A stretch of DNA of 64,000 nucleotides from an uncultured virus (IMG/VR IMGVR_UViG_3300008267_000028) (IMGVR_UViG_3300008267_000028), one strand, 5' to 3'; counted from the stretch's first letter, positions 22,574-33,041 are shown. A program made the numbers and translations. The notes: a model not told the origin generated them from the sequence alone.

Positions 22574-22945
22574 TCAGTCAGAAAGTTCCAGCACGCCGTA
22601 CTCGTCGTCGGAGATCGTGTAATAGACGCGCTCGACCCTCTTTCTACGCAAGGCCCGCTGACAGGCCGCACACGGCCTTGCCAGCCCCAGCCCTTGCTTC
22701 CTCATCTGCCTCGCCACATAGACGGTCGAGTAGAAGTCGAGTTTGCGGGCCAGCCTCGCCTCCGCGTGCATGGGCGGGAACGGTTTGCTGGACTTGCCGT
22801 TGTAGCCGGTGCCGTTGAAGGCAGCGACCACCACGCCGTCCGACCTAATACCTACGGCTCCCAGCCGATGATCTCGGGCGTCATCTTTGAGGCACGCCAC
22901 TTCGGCTGCGAGCCGCAGGTATCGCCACGGGTCTGAGCGTCCCAT
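22574..22945 (-). CDS. cytidine/dCMP deaminase-superfamily Zn-dependent deaminase
   Basis: HRLGAVG...FNG...MHAEARL...ARPCAACQ (HxE and PCxxC). Confidence 0.85.
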   Translation of the reverse strand: MGRSDPWRYLRLAAEVACLKDDARDHRLGAVGIRSDGVVVAAFNGTGYNGKSSKPFPPMHAEARLARKLDFYSTVYVARQMRKQGLGLARPCAACQRALRRKRVERVYYTISDDEYGVLELSD

Positions 22946-23562
22946 TAGTCGTTTGTGGGATAGGAGCCGGACATCATTTGAACGGCCGACCGGCCACCAC
23001 CTACCAGCAGGAGTGACTTTATCCAAGCACGCTCGTCGTCCCCCATCACAATGCCGTGAAAGTTCTTCCAGACGACGTTGGTTTCGTCCTGCTTCACCAG
23101 ATCGACGTAGAGGCTCTTGAAGTCGGGGTTGTCAATACGGTGGACTTCCCACTCGATGTCTCGACCCGAGAATATGATGACGGGAGGCTCCTTGTGGTAT
23201 CGAGTGCGGACAACCGCGCACCAGGCATCACCGTCACCGTTTTCAAAGTAGGACTTGAACCCTGACTCTTTCTTGAACCATTCTGGCGTTTTCATCTTTT
23301 CCTCCTACAGGGATGCCCGACGGCCCACCACGAACACGGTGTCGGCCCTGCCGTACTGCGACTGATCGCGGCTCGGGTGGATGATGGTGGCCTGGATGCT
23401 GGTGCGGTTCTGGGCGGTGTCCATGTAGCGGATCGTGTACGCAGAGTCGTGTTCGGCCCGCAGTTCCGCGTGGCGGGGCGTCATGGTGGTCGAATGATAG
23501 ACCTGCCAGCCGTCCTTGCCGTTCTTGCCGGTTGCGAAGTAGTGCGTCTCGTAGTGGGTCAT
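22945..23562 (-). CDS. two hypothetical genes (22945-23295, 23305-23562)
   Basis: GGAGG SD before each. Confidence 0.65.
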
Positions 23563-23664
23563 CGTGTCCTCCTCGGGGTCAGTTGGTTGCCTGCAAACCC
23601 CTCTTACACCGAGGCTCATGGAAAACGCCCTACAAAATAGACCCCATCGGTGTAAGAGGGGTTC

Positions 23665-24201
23665 ATGCTGATCGACCTCACACGCCGACCCGTCATCATC
23701 CAGCCCGACGAGTGCAAGGGACACGTTATCGTCCGCACGATAGCGAGCCGTACCGTGACGGGACTTCTGACACAGAGGCTCGAACTCAACAGGTCAGGCA
23801 CTCGCACCCACACACCGACCTTGAGGCCAGGGGCCTCCCTGCAACGGGGGCCGCTCACCTGTCTGGAGACTCGGCTACACCTCGACAACTTCGAGGACGC
23901 GCTGGCCGACCCCTATGAGGTCGCCACAGGTTCCTATGACCTGCTCACCAACGTGTACCGAGAGGACCGGCTCAAGGTGCAGGTACGGTTCCGCACCACG
24001 GGGGTCTGGCTCGTCACCGTCTCACCCCACGACGCCGCGCCGTTCCTCGCCATCACCGTCAAAGACCTCGCCCTCGGAAGGGGTATCCTCGGGGCCGCTG
24101 TCTGTGAGTTCCCCCTGTCCCGCCGCATCCAGAAGGTCGCCCAGACAGGCATCGAGCAGCCTACAAACGTCTGGTCGAGGCTCGCAGGAACCGAGGAATA
24201 G
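23665..24201 (+). CDS. hypothetical protein with C-terminal WxRL tag
   Basis: ATG 10 nt after a GGTGTA box; ends PTNVWSRLAGTEE*. Confidence 0.75.
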   Translation: MLIDLTRRPVIIQPDECKGHVIVRTIASRTVTGLLTQRLELNRSGTRTHTPTLRPGASLQRGPLTCLETRLHLDNFEDALADPYEVATGSYDLLTNVYREDRLKVQVRFRTTGVWLVTVSPHDAAPFLAITVKDLALGRGILGAAVCEFPLSRRIQKVAQTGIEQPTNVWSRLAGTEE

Positions 24202-24238
24202 AAAAAGCCCCGAGTGCCTTGGGGGCGACTCGGGGCTT
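24202..24238. terminator. hairpin between convergent genes
   Basis: AAAAAGCCCCGAGT-loop-ACTCGGGGCTT. Confidence 0.75.
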
Positions 24239-24257
24239 CCAAGGTGGTACTCTAGGA

Positions 24258-25721
24258 CTACTTCTTCGGCTTTGCAACCTTCACGGCAACAAAGACGTCG
24301 GCCTTCGTGCTGACGGCCTCGGGAGCCTTCGATGACTTGGCGGCCTTGCTCGCAGGAGCAGCAGCAGGCTTGGGAGCAGGCGCTTGCTCGGCTACAGGCT
24401 TCTTCGGAGCAGGGGCAGCCTTCTTGGCAGGAGCCTTCTTCGGAGCAGGAGCCTTCACAGGAGCCTTCACAGGAGCGGCCTTCGGAGCAGCGGCCTTCTT
24501 CACAGGAGCCTTCGCGGCATCCGGCTTCTTCGGCGCAGCCTTGGTCGCAGCAGCCTTGGGGGCCGCCGCCTTGGTCACAGCAGGCTTGGCCGCCGCCTTC
24601 ACAGCGGGCTTGGCCGCCGCCTTCACAGCGGGCTTGGCTGGGGGCTTCGGACTCGTCTTTGCCGCTTCCTTCTTGGGAGCAGCGGGGGTCTTTGCAGTCG
24701 CCGCAGCCTTCGGGGTGGGGGCAGAACTCTTGGCAGGAACCTTCATGGGTTTCTCCTCGGCCTCGTGGGCCTTTTCGGAAGTGACGGGTTTGGGGGGTGC
24801 GGGAGGCCGCTGATTCTTCGGCAGCATCATGCTGTCGATCCTGAGCCGTGGCAGGGCGTCCAGCTTCTCTTTGACGCGGCGGCTCAACTCAATCGCAGGG
24901 TGAACGGGCTTGGGGGCCGTCTCGATCTTCGGAGGCGGCTTCGGTGCAACAGGCTTCTTGGGAGGCTCTGGGGGCTTGACGGCCACGGGGGTCGGCTTGG
25001 GCGTCACCTTCGGTTCTGGCCGCTTGCCAGGCTTCATCATCTCTTGCAGGACAGGGGGCATCAAACTGTCGAGCGTACCCGTCATGCCTGTCGGCACCTC
25101 TCGCATGGGCGGCGCGGGCTTCTCACGGACGGGCTTGGGTGGCGGGGCAGGCTTGGGAAGGGGCGCTGCCTTGGGAGCCTTGGGCTTCTTCGGCTTGGTC
25201 CGCTTCTCCTCGTTGTCGAGGAGCCGCTGGTAAGACGCCTCTCGGGCACCCAGAGCGTGGTCGAGTTCCTTTGAGAACTCATCCAACTCGTCCGTCGAGT
25301 CATAGCCCCGCTGTTCGTCCATGAACTCGCCAGCACGGGTTGTCACCACACCCATGAACTGGCACTCGGGTTCGATGTACTCCAGCCACACCTCAAGGCC
25401 ACGGCTCTTGTACCGCTCGTACAGAGACTCGAAGGCTTTGACGGGCGGCCCCCACACGGACTTGAAGGCGACCTTCATCTCGAAGTGACCGTCATGGCCG
25501 AACGGCCCCTCGACGGCCAACCCCTTGAGGGGTCCGATGTCCTGCCGAGTCCCCCAGCGGTTTGCAGCCCAGTTCTCTTGGAGGCGCTTATCGCCCATCA
25601 CGTTGTCCATGTCACGGGGCCACGGCAACAGCACCCGCAACGACAACCCTGTGGCGGCCAACTCGTCCAGCACCTCACGAGGCCCATAGAGGGTGAGGTT
25701 GTTCTCGCAAAGATTTGGCAT
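24258..25721 (-). CDS. YubB/Api92-like ferredoxin-fold domain fused to a Pro-rich linker and histone H1-like K/A/P tail
   Basis: MPNLCENNL...NWAANRWGT...FKSVWGPP...YIEPECQFMG; AAAKPAVK and KKAPA repeats. Confidence 0.7.
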   Translation of the reverse strand: MPNLCENNLTLYGPREVLDELAATGLSLRVLLPWPRDMDNVMGDKRLQENWAANRWGTRQDIGPLKGLAVEGPFGHDGHFEMKVAFKSVWGPPVKAFESLYERYKSRGLEVWLEYIEPECQFMGVVTTRAGEFMDEQRGYDSTDELDEFSKELDHALGAREASYQRLLDNEEKRTKPKKPKAPKAAPLPKPAPPPKPVREKPAPPMREVPTGMTGTLDSLMPPVLQEMMKPGKRPEPKVTPKPTPVAVKPPEPPKKPVAPKPPPKIETAPKPVHPAIELSRRVKEKLDALPRLRIDSMMLPKNQRPPAPPKPVTSEKAHEAEEKPMKVPAKSSAPTPKAAATAKTPAAPKKEAAKTSPKPPAKPAVKAAAKPAVKAAAKPAVTKAAAPKAAATKAAPKKPDAAKAPVKKAAAPKAAPVKAPVKAPAPKKAPAKKAAPAPKKPVAEQAPAPKPAAAPASKAAKSSKAPEAVSTKADVFVAVKVAKPKK

Positions 25722-25725
25722 CAGT

Positions 25726-26939
25726 CTATTCCGTGGTGGGTGGCGTCACCTCGGCGGGCGTCACCTCGGCCCTAAATAGGTCGAGGTTCGTCATCAACCC
25801 GCGCAGACGCTCATCGAGGTCTTGCCGTACTTCGACACCTTCCTCCAAAGAGGATTGGGGAGGCAACACAAATTGGTGTCCGTTGCTGCGGGATACCAAA
25901 AAAGACAACGCCGCACTCCCCCGCTCGGCGTCGGGCGGGAACACCATGATGGACCCCATCCCCATGTCCGTCATGATGAGACGCAGCCCCACGGACTCCT
26001 GCGAGGACTCCTCGGGCCAACCGCCGTCTTGCGGCCACACACGGCCATCCCAGCCAAGCGAACCCAGCAGCCTTACTGCCACGGGGATGTTCCGCTCCGT
26101 CAACGGGATGCGCCAGTTCAACAACCCTCGGTGGGTGTCCGCGTAGTTCAACAGCACCGTCGAGTACACCCAGAGGTTCGGACAAGGATCACCCTCGTCC
26201 TGCCGCAGGTAAGCCAGCAGGGGCAGCATACGGAAAGGCCCTGGCTTCAAGGTCTTGTCCGACACCACCGCGTAGGCAACGTCCTCGGGCGGGGTGTCCC
26301 GCACATATCGCCTGAGAGCCTTCTCTTGCTTGTCGGTCAGCATCTACTCAAACCCCGGCAGCTTCAACTGGTGTTCGTCCATGTAAATCTGGGCCTTGCG
26401 GTCGCGGATCGCTTCCTCGATGATCGCCCAGACGCCCGGCACGTCCTCAAAAGCCATCGCAAACCCGTCCCGCACAACTACGTCGGGCATCCGACCTGCC
26501 AGCAGCCGGTCACACGCCTGTTCGGTCCTAGCGTTCCCGATCAGGTCCGTCGCATACACATCCCAGCCGTTCAAGTCCCACGAGTCCAAGTCGGCGTCGT
26601 GCATGGCGCGGACGACATCGCGCTCGGACTCACCAGCCACCAGCAGGTCAGCGGTTCGGGTCAGGTTGACATCGTAGAGTTTCACGGCTTCACCTTGCCC
26701 AGCGACTTGTCCAGCACCGCTACAGGCTTGGCGGCGGGCCGCTCACGGTCCAGATCGTTCTTGTCGTACACAGAGTCGGCCCACGCCCTCTGCTTCTTGG
26801 ACAGGCCGATCATCATGCCCGCCGCCAACTGGTCATACATGGCTTGGAAGGGCTTGCGATCATGAAACCCCAGCTTGTCAGCGGGGAGGTTGAGAATCGC
26901 CCGCAGCACTTGGAGGTCGGTCTTTTTGGTGGTCGGCAT
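25726..26939 (-). CDS. three hypothetical genes (25726-26343, 26344-26685, 26682-26939)
   Basis: Coupled ORFs; the last has an LSKKQ motif. Confidence 0.65.
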
Positions 26940-26950
26940 CCTGCCTCCGT

Positions 26951-27775
26951 CTAGGTACGCTTCTTGTTGGTGCGGGACGGGACGCCCTTGAGCGTTGTCT
27001 CCTTAGCCTTTGACTTGGCCCGCTTGGCGAGAGCCTCCTCACACTTTCCGCACATCGTGCGGCCCTTGTAGAGAGGGCTGCCGTCACAGGCGATCTTCTC
27101 GCTGCATAGCGGCGTCTGCATGGCCGACCGCAGCGACATCTTTCGTCGCTCCGCTGTCGCCTTACGGGGCGGCTCCTCCTTCGGAGACTCGACCTTCACG
27201 GGTTCAGCCTTTGAAGGTTCCACGGGTTTTACCGACTTCTTGGGAGCCGACTTCTTGGGAGCCGACTTCTTGACGGGCTTCTCGGCAGGGACCTCGGGAG
27301 CGGCGTCTAGGATGATCTCTGTGGGCGGGGGCGGCAACTGCTCGGACGCTTCCTCGGTGGCCTCATCTTCACGCTCGATACCGATGAGGTCCACCGTCGT
27401 CGAGGTGCGCCACGGCTCGTCGAAGTCCACCATGAAGTCGCCCTTGGGGTTCCGATCCCAAGCGAGACGGTGCCGGATGACCTGGTGGACGTCGAAACCA
27501 ATACGGTGGTGATCGGGGAGTTCCTGTGAACGAATCCCCAGATAGCCCCCAGCGGGAACGTCGGGCATCATGATGGAGCGGGCGCGGAACAGCAGCTTCT
27601 CGGCCTCGTCCCTCGAAGGCCCACGCACCTTGAAGGTCGAGTCCACAAGGTCAAAGAGTTCTCGGAACTGCCCCATGCCAACGCGGGCCGTAAAGTCCAA
27701 CGCCTTCATGATCGCACGCAGGTGCGTCTCGGTGATGCCCGTCAGCCGATACCGTGTGTTGGTCTTGTCACCCAT
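26951..27775 (-). CDS. hypothetical protein with KKSAP repeats and C-terminal Cys cluster
   Basis: Start MGDKTN is TGATG-coupled to a 43-aa ORF at 27775-27906. Confidence 0.7.
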   Translation of the reverse strand: MGDKTNTRYRLTGITETHLRAIMKALDFTARVGMGQFRELFDLVDSTFKVRGPSRDEAEKLLFRARSIMMPDVPAGGYLGIRSQELPDHHRIGFDVHQVIRHRLAWDRNPKGDFMVDFDEPWRTSTTVDLIGIEREDEATEEASEQLPPPPTEIILDAAPEVPAEKPVKKSAPKKSAPKKSVKPVEPSKAEPVKVESPKEEPPRKATAERRKMSLRSAMQTPLCSEKIACDGSPLYKGRTMCGKCEEALAKRAKSKAKETTLKGVPSRTNKKRT

Positions 27776-27942
27776 CAATCCACCCATCCATCTCCGTGGA
27801 GGAGATGCGAAAGCCGGTGGGTAAAGACCTCCCACCAGAGCCGCCAAAGACTGTCGGCCTCGTATGAACCCGCTGGACAAAGCAGCCTGTATCGAGGAGG
27901 CGTCATGCCCCCTTCTTACACCAGCGGCAACGTCTTTCGAGA

Positions 27943-28284
27943 CTATTCTTGGGGGAGTCTCTCGATGAACCTTGCCAGAACGCGCTCAGAGGCGACCTTG
28001 AGATAGGCGACCATCTCGCGCTCCACGAGACTTTCCAGATGCTCGGGGCTGCCCAGCAAACTAGGACGCCCCAACAGGAGCGTGCGGGCGATCCGGCCAA
28101 CCTGTTGACGGTCAGCGGGCTTCACCTTGTAGGCTTTCAGCAGCTTGTTCTGGTCAATGGGGGGCTTCCAGAGGGCTTCCAGAAACGGCTCTCGGGCGTG
28201 TTCCGGCAGGCCAGCCAATACCTCGCGGAGACGCCCATGCTCGGCCTCGTCGAGGTACCGGCCAGCCACTCGGTCAACCAGCAT
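27943..28284 (-). CDS. hypothetical protein with RVAxRYL and RVLARF motifs
   Basis: MLVDRVAGRYL...KVASERVLARFI. Confidence 0.65.
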   Translation of the reverse strand: MLVDRVAGRYLDEAEHGRLREVLAGLPEHAREPFLEALWKPPIDQNKLLKAYKVKPADRQQVGRIARTLLLGRPSLLGSPEHLESLVEREMVAYLKVASERVLARFIERLPQE

Positions 28285-29627
28285 CACAGCCCCTTGGCTC
28301 GCAGGAATCGGCTCGCCACACGGGCGATCATGCACCGACAAGTCGCCCCACAGGTACACCCTTGGCTGGCAACCCTGTACTTCTTGAAGTTCTTGTCCAG
28401 CACCGCGACCTGCTTCTCGGAGAGGGTCTTACCCTTCGAGAGTTGGAAGGCGATGGACTTCGTGAAGTTGGCGACCCACTCATCGCTGGCAGCCACAGCC
28501 GCCTCACTCAAACGCTTCACCTTGTCGAGCATCTCGTTGCGGTCGCCAGATGACATCGAGGGGGCGGCAGGCGTTGGTGCGGGGGCCGAACGCTCACTCT
28601 GTCGCTTGTCTCTCTCAATGATCCCCATAGCAGCCGCGATGACGTCCTCCGCGACCTCGGCTTGCCGTCCACGGGAGGCCGGATAGACACGGTAGAAGAT
28701 TTCCTTGTCGTCCTTTCTGACCCGCAGAATCCAATCCGTCACGATGTCGTAGTTGTCCACGTTGGGGCTGATCTTCGCAGCGTAGGGGGCGGCCTCGTAG
28801 GTGAAGCCCATGTCCTCCCAGCCGCGCCCCTCCACCCAGCCCTGTCGGCCGACCTGTCGGCCCAAGTCGGCCAACTCTTTTTCCTCTTGAGCCTTCTGCC
28901 GCTCGACTTCCAACCTAGCCTTCTCGGCCTCCTCCCGATCACTCTTGGCCTTCTCACGCAACTCATCGAGCATCGGCAGCTTCGGCTCGTACTTTTTCTT
29001 CAAGATGTTGAGGTACGCAACCTGCTTCTCGGTGGGCGAGTAGCGGCTCTGCGACATCTGCCGCAGGAAGGAAGCCCCCTTCGAGTCCCGCAGGAGGTCG
29101 GCCACGTCGGCAAGCCGCTCTAGGGCGGCGTCGGAGGTCGGTGCCTTGTACCGCCTCTGGTCCTCCCAATACTCCCGTTCAAGTTCCCTTCGCTTCTCGT
29201 AGGTGATGGCGACCCGATTCAGCATGGCAGTCTTGTCAGCTTTCTCGTCGGCACGGTCCATTTGGTCCCTCACCTTCTCAGCCCACGTCTTGCCTGGGTC
29301 GCCACCCCACAGCAGCCATGCAACGTGACCCTTTTGCTTCCAAGGCGTATCACGGTTCTCGGGCTTGATGCCCTTGTTCTTCTCATGGCGGGCGAAGAAC
29401 GCGCACATCTGCCGGATCACTTCGGGGCTGCACTCGTTACGGTTCTTGAGGTTGGTGGCCCGCTGGACGCCCGACCCGATCCCCTGCTCGCCAGCCTCCG
29501 CAGGGGTCAGGCCGCCCTTGTCGGACGGGTTGGCTTTCTTGCGGTACTCCAAGCCCTTCTCAGCCGCCTCCGCGACGGCCTTCGGGGGCTTGAAGTCAAT
29601 GCCGTCATACTTCTCAGGAGCAGCCAT
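28284..29627 (-). CDS. putative head-associated multidomain protein
   Basis: N-terminal GVQRA...MCAFFARH...VAWLLWGGDPG domain, which I recall from phage head-gene neighbourhoods; C-terminal LSEKQ domain. Confidence 0.65.
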   Translation of the reverse strand: MAAPEKYDGIDFKPPKAVAEAAEKGLEYRKKANPSDKGGLTPAEAGEQGIGSGVQRATNLKNRNECSPEVIRQMCAFFARHEKNKGIKPENRDTPWKQKGHVAWLLWGGDPGKTWAEKVRDQMDRADEKADKTAMLNRVAITYEKRRELEREYWEDQRRYKAPTSDAALERLADVADLLRDSKGASFLRQMSQSRYSPTEKQVAYLNILKKKYEPKLPMLDELREKAKSDREEAEKARLEVERQKAQEEKELADLGRQVGRQGWVEGRGWEDMGFTYEAAPYAAKISPNVDNYDIVTDWILRVRKDDKEIFYRVYPASRGRQAEVAEDVIAAAMGIIERDKRQSERSAPAPTPAAPSMSSGDRNEMLDKVKRLSEAAVAASDEWVANFTKSIAFQLSKGKTLSEKQVAVLDKNFKKYRVASQGCTCGATCRCMIARVASRFLRAKGL

Positions 29628-29631
29628 GTCG

Positions 29632-31026
29632 TCACCGAAAACTGCGACGGTCATAGGAATAGACCTGTCGAGTGGCAATCTTGTAGGTCTTGTAGTTCTT
29701 CTCAAGGACGGCCAACTGTTTCTCGGAGAGCGTCCTACCCTGCGACAACTGGTAGGCGATGGACTTGCAGAAGGTCGTCACCCAATCGTTGCCCCCAGCG
29801 GCAGCCGCCTCGCCCAGCCTCTTGACCTTGGCGATCTGCTCCTCACGATCCCCCGCCCCAGGGGACGCGGAAGGGGGTGTAGGGGGTGCCTCTTTTTTGG
29901 TGGGGTGCAACTCGGCTTGGGGTCCCTGTAGGTTGCGTTGGTCTTTTTCGATGGCTCCCATCGCCATCTTCTTCAACCGTTCAGCATCCGCAGGGTTGGG
30001 GCGCTCGTGCTTGCGGCACCCGATCTCTTTTCTATATATCTCTTTTTCAACACCATCGGTGACCCGATAGACCACCACATACGTTCCCTCAATGAAGTCA
30101 CCACCCCAATCCATTGAGTAACCGATGACGGCCTTGTAGTCATCTCGGGTGTAGGACCACTTCCCGTAACCATCGTCCACCCAGCCGCTTGCATCCATGT
30201 CGCGGCCAATCTGTTCGATGAACTCGTCGTTCAGTTGTTGCTGGCGGCGGTCCCGATCCTTCTCGGCCTCCTGGCGTTCCTTTAGTCGATTTTGCCACGG
30301 CCACGACTCCCGTTCCTCTGGGCCAGGGGAAGCGGGGAGGGCTTCACTTTTTTCGGACTCGAAGTCATCCTCAATCTTTTTTATCTCTTTGAGGATAGCC
30401 CCTACGCAGATTTTTCGGTACTTCTCAACGAGATCGTCCAGTTGGCCGATCTTGTCCATCCCCAGCACTACCTTTTTGCTGTAGACGCTGGTATTGCCGC
30501 CCTTCCACGCGGAGGCTTCTATAACAATGGATGGTATTGTGATGTGGGGGGTGCCCTCAGAGTACCACCCACGCTCCCCCTGTCTCAGTTTCAATATGTC
30601 GGTGTGTGTGACCGTCGCCGTGTACTCGGGGTGTTCCGGGTCCGTGTAGGCATACGTCACCCTGTAAAGATCGTCGGTCCGTCTCCACCCCGAACGGTGC
30701 ATATCCGACGCAATCTCATCGTAAATTTTCAAGAACTGTTTTCGACGGAGCGCCCAGTTCCTTGCCGCCCGTTCCGCGTTTTCCTTCTTGATCCTCTCAA
30801 GGGTGGCCTTCCACTCCTTGATGGTTTCCGGCCACTCCCGCATCTCTTTTTCGGCCAGTTCACGTTCTTCCGGGGTGAGCGCCTTCAAGTCGTTCTCTAT
30901 CTGTGACTTGAGAAAATCTTTTCGGTCCTGTTCCTCACGACGCTTCTTTTCTTCCCGACGGTAACCCCACCCCGTAGTCTCATCCCACTCTTTGTACGCA
31001 GCCTGGCGTGAGTAGTTGTAGGGCAT
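29632..31026 (-). CDS. paralog of 28284..29627 (shared C-terminal domains)
   Basis: KSIAYQLSQGRTLSEKQ vs KSIAFQLSKGKTLSEKQ; GGAG SD. Confidence 0.75.
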   Translation of the reverse strand: MPYNYSRQAAYKEWDETTGWGYRREEKKRREEQDRKDFLKSQIENDLKALTPEERELAEKEMREWPETIKEWKATLERIKKENAERAARNWALRRKQFLKIYDEIASDMHRSGWRRTDDLYRVTYAYTDPEHPEYTATVTHTDILKLRQGERGWYSEGTPHITIPSIVIEASAWKGGNTSVYSKKVVLGMDKIGQLDDLVEKYRKICVGAILKEIKKIEDDFESEKSEALPASPGPEERESWPWQNRLKERQEAEKDRDRRQQQLNDEFIEQIGRDMDASGWVDDGYGKWSYTRDDYKAVIGYSMDWGGDFIEGTYVVVYRVTDGVEKEIYRKEIGCRKHERPNPADAERLKKMAMGAIEKDQRNLQGPQAELHPTKKEAPPTPPSASPGAGDREEQIAKVKRLGEAAAAGGNDWVTTFCKSIAYQLSQGRTLSEKQLAVLEKNYKTYKIATRQVYSYDRRSFR

Positions 31027-31250
31027 CGAAGTCTCCTGTCGGGCGTCTGCTCGTCTTAGGTCTTGATGATGAAAAGGTTGCTTACAACCCCCTCCACCCA
31101 TCAAAAGAAACGGGCCGGTTGATCCCACGGGTAGCCCGTCCCTAGTAGGCGCGGGGGTTGCCGTTCTCCGTGGCGGCACCATCTTATCTTCTGCTGGGTC
31201 CGCTTCATGTGGAAGCGGTCTGCCGGTCGAGAACCCCCAGAGGAGTCCCG

Positions 31251-31724
31251 ATGCCCGTGTTGCCCCCGCCCCACATCATCGACAGCCTTCGGAAGCGCCG
31301 CCAGCCGCAGCATGACGAGCGACCCAGACTTGAACTGCCCCTCCCCATCCCCCAGCATCGTCCAATGCCCGCCCAGCCTTCCCCCGAACGTGGGGTGGTG
31401 ATCGTGGACTACACGGTGAACTTCGAGATCATCTAGGGGTTGACGCTGGCCTCCTGTGGTGCGACCTTGTAGCCGGGGTCGGTTGGCCGCCGACACCCAC
31501 CACACACACAGGAGGCCACCATGTCCGACAACAGCAAGCCGTTCGAGATTCGCTCGGGTCTGCTCCACCTCGCCAAGGATATTCTCTCGGAGAATATGCA
31601 CATGAAGCGCGAGTTCTTGGAGCGTACCGGCCAATCGGGCCAAGCCTCACCCGTCCAGTACACCACCGACGAGGTGATCGCAGAGGCCGAGAAGCTCTAC
31701 GGGTTTGTGACCAAGAAGCAGTAA
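31251..31724 (+). CDS. two small hypothetical genes (31251-31436, 31521-31724)
   Basis: AGGAG/GGAGG SDs; second ends EVIAEAEKLYGFV; downstream of a class-2 element. Confidence 0.7.
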
Positions 31725-31742
31725 CCGGCCACGCCAAAGACG

Positions 31743-31786
31743 AAGCCCTCGGCAACCCACAAGGCTGTCGAGGGCTTTCGCTTTTC
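31743..31786 (+). terminator. intrinsic terminator
   Basis: AAGCCCTCGGC...GTCGAGGGCTT followed by TCGCTTTT. Confidence 0.65.
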
Positions 31787-31792
31787 AGCCTG

Positions 31793-32077
31793 CTACTTGG
31801 CGGCCCGCACCCTGCCGAGGGCCGCCAGAGCCAGCTTCCCCAGAGCCTCAAACCGTGTCTCAGCGGCCATCGTCTGGAGGGCCGCCTCGATGATCTCAAG
31901 GTCGGCGTTGTGGTCGGGAACTGTGGGGGCCGTCGAGGGCGTCATGGTCGGGGTTCCTTCCGTTGAGACGTACACGTTGACGAGTCTGGGCGTGGCATAC
32001 TGGTAGGCAGGGACCATCGTGTAGGTGACTTGGCACTTGCAGTCCTTGCACGCGCAACTGCCGCTGTGTTGGATCAT
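31793..32077 (-). CDS. hypothetical protein
   Basis: GGAGG SD; Cys cluster. Confidence 0.55.
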   Translation of the reverse strand: MIQHSGSCACKDCKCQVTYTMVPAYQYATPRLVNVYVSTEGTPTMTPSTAPTVPDHNADLEIIEAALQTMAAETRFEALGKLALAALGRVRAAK

Positions 32078-32094
32078 GGGGGCTTCCTCCCGTG

Positions 32095-32766
32095 TTATCC
32101 CGACGAGTCTAGGAGCCGACTCGTACCACACTTGCGACACTGTTCGACGTGCTGAAACATCGCTATCGACTCGGCCCGCTCGTAGTCATGGATGCAGGCA
32201 AGGTCATCCGTCCAGCCGTAGCCGTTGCATTGAGGGCACGAGGCTCGGAAGTGCGCGTACCGATGGCGGTTGGCCGCCGTGTCCTCCAACGAGTGGAGCG
32301 GGTAAGCGTTCAAGCGGAGATTCCAGCCCCCGTGACCCTTACAGCGCGGACACTCTTGGGCGTTCGGCGTGTAGTTCGGGCTAATGGGCTTCTCTGGAAA
32401 GTCCACATGGGCGTCTGGGTCTGTCTCGCTCATGAATGGCATGGTGTCGAACCTCCGCACTTGGTCGAGGACATCATCTGCCTCTTGACCGATGAGACGC
32501 CCCCACGACGAGGGGCGGTTGGCACCCACGACGAGGATGCGCTTACCTGCCACGTTCTCGAAGGCGAGTTCCAGACCCGCTTGCTGGAGGCGGGCCAGCA
32601 GGTGGTTGCGGGACACCTCATAGGAGTCTGTCCACTCCGTGGCGGGGCCGCCAAGCGTGCTGCCCGTCCATGACTCGGTGCCAGCCAACAGACCACGCTG
32701 ATAGGCACCCCGTGCCAAACTGGACGCCTTCTGGCGGTCCTCCTCGCTGCAATAGACGGTGAACAT
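32095..32766 (-). CDS. two-domain hypothetical protein with C-terminal CxxCxGxG zinc-finger domain
   Basis: CPRCKGHG, CPQCNGYG, CRKCG; internal SSWGRL-acidic motif. Confidence 0.7.
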   Translation of the reverse strand: MFTVYCSEEDRQKASSLARGAYQRGLLAGTESWTGSTLGGPATEWTDSYEVSRNHLLARLQQAGLELAFENVAGKRILVVGANRPSSWGRLIGQEADDVLDQVRRFDTMPFMSETDPDAHVDFPEKPISPNYTPNAQECPRCKGHGGWNLRLNAYPLHSLEDTAANRHRYAHFRASCPQCNGYGWTDDLACIHDYERAESIAMFQHVEQCRKCGTSRLLDSSG

Positions 32767-32768
32767 CT

Positions 32769-32936
32769 CTAATCCATGTCGCGGCAAGCCCGACGCCCAG
32801 CCTGACGGACCCGAGTTTCAGCCGCCTTCTCGGCTGCCGCGTAAGAGCGGCGAGCGGCCCCACGCTTGTGACCGTGCCGCATAACGGTCACCTTTGCGTT
32901 CTGGTCTTGCCCTTGCCCCTTGAGTCCGATCTGCAT
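32769..32936 (-). CDS. small basic protein (55 aa)
   Basis: Hand translation MQIGLKGQ...RRACRDMD*; follows class-2 and class-1-like elements. Confidence 0.55.
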   Translation of the reverse strand: MQIGLKGQGQDQNAKVTVMRHGHKRGAARRSYAAAEKAAETRVRQAGRRACRDMD

Positions 32937-33041
32937 GGTTGCCTCCTACACCTACTAGGGCGGCAAACCGTCCAAAATCAACGGCCAGGTTTTTCGGCCC
33001 GTCGGTGTAAGAGGGGCACAGATACCAAAAAGGAGCATCCG

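Noticed and set aside
24307..25274. Long plus-strand ORFs opposite the K/A/P-rich gene
   Set aside because: Antisense shadows of low-complexity GC-rich coding sequence.
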